Source: an uncultured archaeon
GTDB lineage: Archaea; Asgardarchaeota; Thorarchaeia; Thorarchaeales; Thorarchaeaceae
Length of the DNA: 41,130 nt
Assembly (NCBI GenBank): GCA_964590575.1
Contig: CAZPWM010000019.1
Span: 1 to 41,130, forward strand
Reading direction: 5' to 3'
The position numbers were made by a program, and so were the translations under genes. Within the stretch, counting starts at the first letter, position 1, and the number at the start of each line of letters is the position of its first letter. Positions 34,225 through 41,130 of this stretch are shown here, piece by piece. Below the pieces are notes generated by a model, which saw only the letters and a list, made by a program, of their open reading frames with translations, ran no database searches and was not told the DNA's origin.

Positions 34225-34920
34225 CTACTCATTTTCTTCTGGCTCGTGAGTCCAGAATGAGTCTTCATCATCAAATGCATCTTTATCAGTGGTTTCGGCT
34301 TCTTCACCAACATCTTCGACTCGTTCTTCTTTCCTCTCTGCGCGTTCTACAATTTTCGCAAAGTCTGCATGGACCCTGACTGGTATTGTGTATGGACTAT
34401 CCAACAGCTCCAGGATAAGTTCCTCTTTACCAGCGTCTACACGCACAACCTTTGCTCGTTCACCTTTGAACGGTCCAGAGATGATTTCTACTACATCACC
34501 TTCTGAGATGCCTTCAGCAGCAGGTGGAGGTGCTAGGAATTTATCAATCTCTTCAAGGCTGACCTTCCCGCCTACTCGACCCCTCACATGGGGGACTCCA
34601 GAGATTGCAATTTCCACATCTCTGAATTCGGTTGTTTCGATGAAAACATAACCCCTGAGTGTTTCAGGAACAAGTATTGCTTTCACTCTTCCAAGCAATT
34701 GGTTTGTTGAAACAAGTAGTGGGTCTCCAGTCTTCTTTTTCTTCTTCTTACAACTGTTCATGTGATCCTTCGTAGCCTTTTCAGACGAGAATTCCTCTGA
34801 GCAGAACGGACATTGCCATACATCAGTTTCACCAATCACTGCTGTAGTGATCAGGTCTGTGACGCTACGTTCCTGTCCGATTGTTGTACGCACTGCGTAG
34901 ATACTTGTACTTGTTTCCAA
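34225..34920 (-). CDS. spt5: Transcription elongation factor Spt5/NusG with zinc-finger insertion and acidic tail
   Basis: IYAVRTTIGQE and LRGYVFIE (NGN), GDVVEIISGPFKG (KOW); TTG 34920 after GGAGGG (alternative start 34935). Confidence 0.94.
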   Translation of the reverse strand: METSTSIYAVRTTIGQERSVTDLITTAVIGETDVWQCPFCSEEFSSEKATKDHMNSCKKKKKKTGDPLLVSTNQLLGRVKAILVPETLRGYVFIETTEFRDVEIAISGVPHVRGRVGGKVSLEEIDKFLAPPPAAEGISEGDVVEIISGPFKGERAKVVRVDAGKEELILELLDSPYTIPVRVHADFAKIVERAERKEERVEDVGEEAETTDKDAFDDEDSFWTHEPEENE

Positions 34921-34962
34921 GGGGAAACCCTCCAAATGGTAGAAGCTTCATGTTACGACAGA

Positions 34963-35166
34963 CTAGCTAGTTGGTCCTATACCCCAGTTGCCTGTAATCG
35001 TGATCATAATAATCTGGACTATGAAGCTGACCATCCCTATAAGGACCATAGCAAGTAGACTGACTCTGGAGCTCATCCAGAGTTCCTTCCTGGAAGGCTT
35101 TGTTGCCAGTTTCAGAATGCGTCTGCTATCGTTGATGAAGTCACCAACACCCATTTTTTTTTTCAC
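34963..35166 (-). CDS. secE: Protein translocase SecE / Sec61 gamma (start possibly ATG 35154)
   Basis: RILKLATKPSRKE followed by a TM helix; located between ftsZ and spt5. Confidence 0.93.
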   Translation of the reverse strand: MKKKMGVGDFINDSRRILKLATKPSRKELWMSSRVSLLAMVLIGMVSFIVQIIMITITGNWGIGPTS

Positions 35167-35256
35167 GTCCTTAAATATTACTGCGTTAGCAGTAATGAGA
35201 TTCGGTTGGAGTCAGCCTTGGTTCTCTTTTAACATTTGCTGAGTATCCAAATTCGA

Positions 35257-36399
35257 TTACGTGAGCTTTGGTATACCAAGGTCGCTCTTCAAGTCCTCGA
35301 CCAAGGGCGTGAAAGGTTCTGCATTGTCAAAGACATAAGGGGAGCTCACTCCTGAAGCAATAATGGTCACTCGAAGACGGTCTTCCAGTTCCGGTACAAT
35401 GAGTGCACCATAGATGATCTCAGCTCCTGGATTGACCTGTTCAGTAACAATTTCGATTACGCGCTTGGCTTCTGATAGCTGGAGCTCCGCATTTCCACTG
35501 ACATTCACCAGTATATTTCTAGCATTTTCGATTGACACATCAATCAATGGGTTTCGAAGTGCATTGATGACTGCATCCTCTGCCCTATCTTCTCCACTTG
35601 CCTCTCCAAGAGCAATGATTGATACACCACCATTCTTCATTGTGGTTCGCACATCAGCAAAGTCTAGGTTGACAAGTCCTGGCTTAGAAATTAGCTCAGC
35701 AATTCCCTTTACGGCCCGTACGAGGACTTCATCTGCAACCATAAACGCTTCTGGCAGTGAAAGGTCTGGAGCAATCTCCAGTAGTTTTTCATTCGGAATA
35801 GCAATGAGAGTGTCTACATGCTCCATCAGAGCATTTAGTCCACGGGTTGCGTTCTTCTTGCGTGTGGCTCCTTCCACATCAAATGGCAAACAAACAATAG
35901 CTACAGTCAGTGCTCCATTTTCCTTAGCTGCCTTTGCTATGTGAGCAGCTGCTCCCGTTCCAGTACCTCCACCCATTCCTGCAGTGATGAACACAAGATC
36001 TCCACATACTGCATCTTTGATGTCCTCATAGGTTTCTATTGCAGCAGCTTCTCCAATATCGGGATTGTTGCCTGCTCCTAATCCTCCACAGGTTTCCTTT
36101 CCTAGGAGCAACTTGTGATGTGAGTTGCAGAAATAGAGATCCTGAGCATCTGTATTTACAGCAAGGGTCTCAGCTCCCTCTACACCAACTTCCATTAAGC
36201 GAGTTATTGCATTATTTCCGGCTCCCCCAACACCTACAACAAGTATTCTTGCAGTCACCAACTCCAATAGATCTGCAAGTTCTTCGTCTGTAGTGGCTGA
36301 TTTTGGAGTCCTTTTCACCTTTTTAACTGGTGGTTCACGTTTTCCGCCTGATGATTTGAGGACCTCTTCTAGTAACGGGTGCATATTATTCTCACTCAC
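35257..36399 (-). CDS. ftsZ: Cell division protein FtsZ (FtsZ1-type context)
   Basis: GVGGAGNNA, NTDAQ, GMGGGTGTG and NLDFADV motifs. Confidence 0.97.
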   Translation of the reverse strand: MSENNMHPLLEEVLKSSGGKREPPVKKVKRTPKSATTDEELADLLELVTARILVVGVGGAGNNAITRLMEVGVEGAETLAVNTDAQDLYFCNSHHKLLLGKETCGGLGAGNNPDIGEAAAIETYEDIKDAVCGDLVFITAGMGGGTGTGAAAHIAKAAKENGALTVAIVCLPFDVEGATRKKNATRGLNALMEHVDTLIAIPNEKLLEIAPDLSLPEAFMVADEVLVRAVKGIAELISKPGLVNLDFADVRTTMKNGGVSIIALGEASGEDRAEDAVINALRNPLIDVSIENARNILVNVSGNAELQLSEAKRVIEIVTEQVNPGAEIIYGALIVPELEDRLRVTIIASGVSSPYVFDNAEPFTPLVEDLKSDLGIPKLT

Positions 36400-36462
36400 A
36401 TCTAGATGATGTTATATCCAGGTAGAATGTGAATACAAAGTAGAATATGACTGTGGTAATAC

Positions 36463-37473
36463 TCAGTTACCACGACGACTTCTCTTAGGTTTACCCCCCG
36501 TTCTGCCGCTTGTTCTCTCTCTTGGTTTACTCCTGCTTCTGAAGGTCTTCAATACAGAATCGATTGAAACTTGGTGTCGTCGAAGGAGTCTAGCAGTTTC
36601 ATCAAGTGTTGGCTGACCATTCTGCGCTCCAGTTTTAGTAATTGTCAGTGCTGCGACTGCGTTCGCTACATGCAGTGCCTGTTCTATTCTCTCAGACCTC
36701 ATCCACGCAGTGACAAAACCCGCAGCAAAAGAATCTCCTGCACCAAGCGTGTCAACTACTGGCACCTCAAAGACTTCGGATGTGCAGTACTCGAACCCGT
36801 CAGTGGCTATAGCTCCTTTTTCTCCCATCTTGAGCACAACTATGCCTGGAAAGGTCTTTGCAAAGGCTCTAAGAGCATTCTCGCTTGGATTGATATTGAA
36901 GTATTCCTTGAGTTCCATCTGATTCAAAAAAAGAAGGTCCGTTTGTTTCAATATTTTATCATAATTCAAATCTATCCCTGCCCGACCTGGGTCTAATGAT
37001 AGAATCATTCCATTTGATGTAGTAACTTCAGCTACCCGATCAATCAGCATTGGGAATGAACCGGCAACATGGATTATTTGGGCATCCAGTAGGTTTTCCT
37101 CTTCGAACACACGTTTCTCCAGGAACCGATTAGCCCCTGGTTCAACTATTACGATCCGATCCCCTTTCGAGTCGTGTGCATGCATAAAGATGCCAGTGCG
37201 TTGTTTTTCCAGAACTAGAATACAGCTAGTGTCTACGCCAATCTTTGAAATATCCTTCACTGCGAGTTGGCCATACTCGTCATCACCTACACAGCTGACA
37301 AGCATTGTCTTGACGCCTAATCGTGCACTCTGAGTTGCAAAGTTTGCAGCTGACCCACCATAGGTGATTCGACCTGTTTCACAAATGACATGGTCATTTA
37401 CCTTCGGTAGCATGGTCACTTTCATATCAATATCGACATTGATTCTACCAATTGCGACCACTTCGCCAGCCAA
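36463..37473 (-). CDS. PfkB family carbohydrate kinase with basic C-terminal tail
   Basis: GGSAAN, VGDDEYG and DTLGAGDSF motifs. Confidence 0.92.
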   Translation of the reverse strand: MAGEVVAIGRINVDIDMKVTMLPKVNDHVICETGRITYGGSAANFATQSARLGVKTMLVSCVGDDEYGQLAVKDISKIGVDTSCILVLEKQRTGIFMHAHDSKGDRIVIVEPGANRFLEKRVFEEENLLDAQIIHVAGSFPMLIDRVAEVTTSNGMILSLDPGRAGIDLNYDKILKQTDLLFLNQMELKEYFNINPSENALRAFAKTFPGIVVLKMGEKGAIATDGFEYCTSEVFEVPVVDTLGAGDSFAAGFVTAWMRSERIEQALHVANAVAALTITKTGAQNGQPTLDETARLLRRHQVSIDSVLKTFRSRSKPRERTSGRTGGKPKRSRRGN

Positions 37474-37485
37474 GATATCCGCCTC

Positions 37486-38409
37486 TTAAACGATGAGCGC
37501 AAGTATTGCTTTTTGCGCATGCAAGCGATTTTCAGCTTGGTCAAATACGACCGAGTGAGGACCATCCATCACCTCTGAGGTTAGTTCCTCGTCACGGTGC
37601 GCTGGTAAACAGTGCATGACGATGACATCGCTTTTTGCCTTGCCAATTAGGGTTTTATTCACCTGAAATGGCATTAGAGCATCCTCTTTCTCTTTGGCCT
37701 TTTCTTGACCCATGCTGAAGAATGTATCAGTATAGATTACATCAGATCCCTTTGCTGCTTCACTGGGATCGTTTACAACCTCCAGAGTTGTTCCAAACCT
37801 CCTACTGAGTGCAGTTGCCTTCTTCATGATATCATCTGAGGGTGTATACCCATCCGGAGACCCTATGGTGACATCCATGCCCATTATAGTACAACCCTGC
37901 ATGATTGAATTACTGACGTTGTTGGAATCACCAACGTATGCTATTTTGAGCCCTTCTAGCTTGCCCTTATGTTCTTCTATCGTTTGCATATCCGCCATTA
38001 TCTGACAAGGATGTAATAGATCTGATAGTCCATTGATGACTGGTACTGTGCTGTACTTTGCCAACTCAGTGACTTCATCATGTCCAAACACTCGTGCCAT
38101 GATTACATCACAGTATCTACTTAGGACTAAAGCTGTGTCTCCGATTGTTTCCCCCCTTCCAAGCTGAGTCCCGCTTGGTTGTAGATAGAGTGCATGGCCA
38201 CCAAGCTGAGTCATTCCCACCTCAAAGGACACTCTTGTCCTAGTTGATGACTTCATGAAAATCATGGCCAATGATTTGCCTTTCAGAAGCTCGTGTGGTT
38301 CGCCTCGTTTCTGTTTTCTCTTCAAATCATGTGCTGTATTCAACACTTGTCTTAGTTCATGTCTTTCAAAATCTGCAAGATCAACGAAATTTCTACCTTT
38401 CAGGTTCAA
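37486..38409 (-). CDS. argF: Ornithine carbamoyltransferase
   Basis: STRTR, HPCQ, SMG and HCLP motifs. Confidence 0.96.
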   Translation of the reverse strand: MNLKGRNFVDLADFERHELRQVLNTAHDLKRKQKRGEPHELLKGKSLAMIFMKSSTRTRVSFEVGMTQLGGHALYLQPSGTQLGRGETIGDTALVLSRYCDVIMARVFGHDEVTELAKYSTVPVINGLSDLLHPCQIMADMQTIEEHKGKLEGLKIAYVGDSNNVSNSIMQGCTIMGMDVTIGSPDGYTPSDDIMKKATALSRRFGTTLEVVNDPSEAAKGSDVIYTDTFFSMGQEKAKEKEDALMPFQVNKTLIGKAKSDVIVMHCLPAHRDEELTSEVMDGPHSVVFDQAENRLHAQKAILALIV

Positions 38410-38475
38410 TAGTTACACCTCAGAGCTTTCTATCGCGCCATCATAGGTGAGTCGTATAAAAAACTGCCCACTAGC

Positions 38476-39387
38476 TCAATTCTCAGCAATGAGCCTCTCA
38501 GCAAACCACTCAGGGTCGAAACGCTTGAGGTCTTTATAGTTCTGACCTACTCCGACATAAACCACAGGCTTTCCAGTTACAAATGTAATTGAAAGAGCAG
38601 CTCCGCCTGATGGATCCGCATCGACTTTAGTAAGAATCGCACCATCAATACCTATCGCATCGTTGAACTCCTTGGCCTGAGATAGAGCATCATTACCCGC
38701 TAGAGCGTCTCCAACAAAGATCTTCAGGTCTGGTTCTGCTACACGTACTATTTTCTTCATCTCTTGGAGGAGATTCTTGTTACTTTGCATCCTACCAGCT
38801 GAGTCAATCAAAACAATATCAATACGTCGGGCTTTTGCATGGGCAATTGCATCATATGCAATTGCTGCAGCATCAGAACCATAATCCTGCTTTATTACCC
38901 GTATCCCTAATCTCTCAGCATGTTTCTCTATTTGTTCGATGCTTCCAGCACGAAAGGTATCACCTGCCGCAATTACTATCGAAAAACCACTATTTTTGAA
39001 GATGTCCGCAAGCTTAGCAAGGGTTGTTGTCTTGCCCGTGCCATTGACTCCTACAAATAGAATTGTTGTAGTTTCACCCTTCTCTTTCTTCTCCTTTGCG
39101 AACTCTAATATGTCAAGTGGATACTCAGGTGTGAGAACTTCAAGAATTGATTCATGTATTGCAGACTTGAAGACTCGACTAATGTTCTCAAGTCTTCCTG
39201 CTCTCCTTCCAAGCACCTTTTTCTTTGTTAATTCACATATATGCTCTGCAACTTCGACTGCCACATCGTTCTGAATGAGAACCATTTGAAGTTCCCAGAC
39301 TGCGTCTTTGAGATTCTTCTCATTAAGCTCTTTAGTCGTGGTTTTTGTTATAGCGGTGTCGAGTGCTCCCTTGAGCTTCTCAAACAA
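38476..39387 (-). CDS. ftsY: Signal recognition particle receptor FtsY
   Basis: GVNGTGKTT, DTFRAG, DSAGR and TKVD motifs. Confidence 0.96.
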   Translation of the reverse strand: MFEKLKGALDTAITKTTTKELNEKNLKDAVWELQMVLIQNDVAVEVAEHICELTKKKVLGRRAGRLENISRVFKSAIHESILEVLTPEYPLDILEFAKEKKEKGETTTILFVGVNGTGKTTTLAKLADIFKNSGFSIVIAAGDTFRAGSIEQIEKHAERLGIRVIKQDYGSDAAAIAYDAIAHAKARRIDIVLIDSAGRMQSNKNLLQEMKKIVRVAEPDLKIFVGDALAGNDALSQAKEFNDAIGIDGAILTKVDADPSGGAALSITFVTGKPVVYVGVGQNYKDLKRFDPEWFAERLIAEN

Positions 39388-39391
39388 TCAA

Positions 39392-39841
39392 CTACTCCTC
39401 CTCAACGGGGGGCATTGTACCCTGAACCTGTGCTGCTAATTCCTGAAATTGTGCGTTGAGGCGCGAAGCATGAGTAAAAAGTCTCTGGTACTCCTGAGTG
39501 AGCGCTTCGTATTGTTTTTCTAAACTCGTTACAGCCTCAATTATAGCTGCTTTCGCATCTGAAACATTCTGTTCAATGCGAACTCCGTTGCCAATCCCAC
39601 GAGTTACTTTGTCTGGATTCACAAGTTTAGCCTGAACGAAGATGCTACCTCCAACATTCATCAGCATCTCCTCACCTTCATTCCTATTCTCTATCTCTTC
39701 TAGGACCAATAAACCAGAACGATAGTTCGTGATGTATACTTGGACCATTTCGATTCGTTGCTGCAAAAGACTGAGACTAGATTCAGTCAACTGTTGCTCG
39801 CTGTATATCTTTTCAAGAGTAATCCGTGGATCTTCAGTCAT
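39392..39841 (-). CDS. pfdA: Prefoldin alpha subunit
   Basis: Coiled coils flanking MNVGGSIFVQAK..GIGNGVRIE hairpins; conserved gene context. Confidence 0.92.
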   Translation of the reverse strand: MTEDPRITLEKIYSEQQLTESSLSLLQQRIEMVQVYITNYRSGLLVLEEIENRNEGEEMLMNVGGSIFVQAKLVNPDKVTRGIGNGVRIEQNVSDAKAAIIEAVTSLEKQYEALTQEYQRLFTHASRLNAQFQELAAQVQGTMPPVEEE

Positions 39842-40083
39842 TAGAATTCGGTCTCCAATCCTAGTATCTTTCTAAGTTCCATATTTGTGACTTCTTCGGG
39901 TTTGATCTCTTTGATCTCAGTAATTTCAATATCCTTACGTTTCACCCTGTGTCGGCTTCCCAGCTCCGAGAGAATTTTCTCCCTGACATGAGCGTCCTTA
40001 TCAGCAAGCACTTCTCGCCTAAAGGTGAATCTTCTCTTGCTCTTCTTGTAAGCGCCTGTTGCACGCCAAATTTTCGAACTCAT
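39841..40083 (-). CDS. rpl18a: 50S ribosomal protein L18Ae/LX (eL20)
   Basis: EKILSELGSRHRVKRKDIEI motif. Confidence 0.93.
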   Translation of the reverse strand: MSSKIWRATGAYKKSKRRFTFRREVLADKDAHVREKILSELGSRHRVKRKDIEITEIKEIKPEEVTNMELRKILGLETEF

Positions 40084-40099
40084 CCAAGTAACACCTCAT

Positions 40100-40765
40100 C
40101 TATACAAATCCCAAGACCTGACTTATGTGTGCCAATTCGACACCTGTTGTGTCAGTTCCTGCAATCATACCATCAATATTTGCTATTGCACCCAAACTTA
40201 TGTACGGGCTTCCTCTGTTCACGGTTCCAACCTCTACGTGTACTTTTAACAGCTGTGCTAGGAGTTCAATCTCACCACTGGTCGCCATTGGGTGTACTAT
40301 TGCTCCTTGGTTTGTCGCTATGGTATTTGCCCCAACAATTGGTAATTTCGCTAGACTACCAGAAACAACTTCTACTCCAAGCGTGTCTGAAATCTTTTTT
40401 CTGGCTTTGAAATCGAAATCCGGATGACACATAGCTCCGTTGTCATTAGCAATGATAATATTCCCTAATGCAGTCATTTTGTCATCTAACCAGTCAACTG
40501 CGACTTCTGAAGCACTCCTTAATTGTGCAAGTTCCTCGTCGGATGTTGTATAAGGCACAAGAATTCCATTAGACGTGGCTACCGAAACAAGTCCCACAGC
40601 ATCCAGAGTGGCTATTGTTCCTTGCACCAATGGAAGATTGAACGTCTTCTCTATAACATCTAGGTCCTTCTCTGACATGTTAGAGCTGACAAATATAAAA
40701 CGGTCTGTAGCGATTCCATAGGCTCCAACGTTAGAATCGCCCTCGAAGTCTGTTCGGGCGATCAA
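40100..40765 (-). CDS. eif6: Translation initiation factor 6
   Basis: ALGNIIIAND, GTVNRGSPY and TTGVEL motifs. Confidence 0.95.
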   Translation of the reverse strand: MIARTDFEGDSNVGAYGIATDRFIFVSSNMSEKDLDVIEKTFNLPLVQGTIATLDAVGLVSVATSNGILVPYTTSDEELAQLRSASEVAVDWLDDKMTALGNIIIANDNGAMCHPDFDFKARKKISDTLGVEVVSGSLAKLPIVGANTIATNQGAIVHPMATSGEIELLAQLLKVHVEVGTVNRGSPYISLGAIANIDGMIAGTDTTGVELAHISQVLGFV

Positions 40766-40771
40766 TCTGGA

Positions 40772-41130
40772 CTATCCCTCCGCCAGATAAACGCGCACAA
40801 GATTATCTGAATTCTTGGTCGCTCGGATTCTTACTCTTCGTGGAGGCTTTTGAATACCTCTTGCCCAGATTCGTTCATTGACCTCGGGTTGAATAAGTAA
40901 TTCTTCAGGTTTCATATGCCTCTCCACAAATTCGCGGAGAACCCTGACTGCTCTATTAGACCTGCGAAGTCTGCTTCCCGTCCAGTAAGCTTTTCTCAAC
41001 GGTACAGTGTAAATCCGCTCGTCTATGATTTCTTCTTCCTCTTCAGGCTCTTCTTCTTCTTTTTTAGGTGCCTTAACTTTCTCAGCGTCAGCAGGTGCCT
41101 TATCAGTCTCTTCAATCTCTTTGGTTTCTT
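40772..41130 (-). CDS. rpl31e: 50S ribosomal protein L31e with acidic N-terminal extension (start beyond window edge)
   Basis: Frame is open upstream of 40999: ...EEEEPEEEEEIIDERIYTVPLRKA...RAVRVLREFV..VNERIWARGIQKPP. Confidence 0.94.
   Translation of the reverse strand, partial: ETKEIEETDKAPADAEKVKAPKKEEEEPEEEEEIIDERIYTVPLRKAYWTGSRLRRSNRAVRVLREFVERHMKPEELLIQPEVNERIWARGIQKPPRRVRIRATKNSDNLVRVYLAEG

Noticed and set aside
31260-40427. Numerous antisense and alternate-frame ORFs over ribosomal, ftsZ, pfkB, ftsY and eIF6 genes
   Set aside because: Shadow ORFs of well-supported conserved genes; the same applies to those over top6, gcvP, mtaB and the radical SAM gene.

Overview
Archaeal chromosome segment, most likely an Asgard archaeon. 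This is inferred from the ribophorin-I-like protein and the gene content; Thorarchaeia is plausible but cannot be proven from the window. Most of it is housekeeping: aIF2-beta, NMD3, aIF1A, RIO1, Dim2/KH and topoisomerase VI; an AglH/Alg7-type GlcNAc-1-P transferase; gcvPA/PB, SAMP, MtaB, SSB and thiL; and the ftsZ-secE-spt5-rpl11-rpl1-rplP0-rpl12 and rpl31e-eIF6-rpl18a-pfdA-ftsY clusters. There are four tRNA genes, three with introns at non-canonical positions. Main unusual signals: (1) an integron-like array at 22.5-24.9 kb, where four single-gene cassettes are separated by perfect 22-bp copies of the 3' exon of tRNA-Leu(GAG), with an orphan 5' exon copy upstream, so all breakpoints fall at the 53/54 intron site; (2) a solo, catalytically intact IS607-type TnpB next to tRNA-Gln, and a stand-alone copy of its omegaRNA scaffold with a different guide 16.5 kb away; (3) a 992-aa ribophorin-I-like protein fused to a DOMON domain with an inserted FKBP-like domain, divergent from the Alg7-like gene; (4) a candidate pseudoknotted ncRNA at about 19.93-20.10 kb; (5) Spt5 with an inserted zinc finger.
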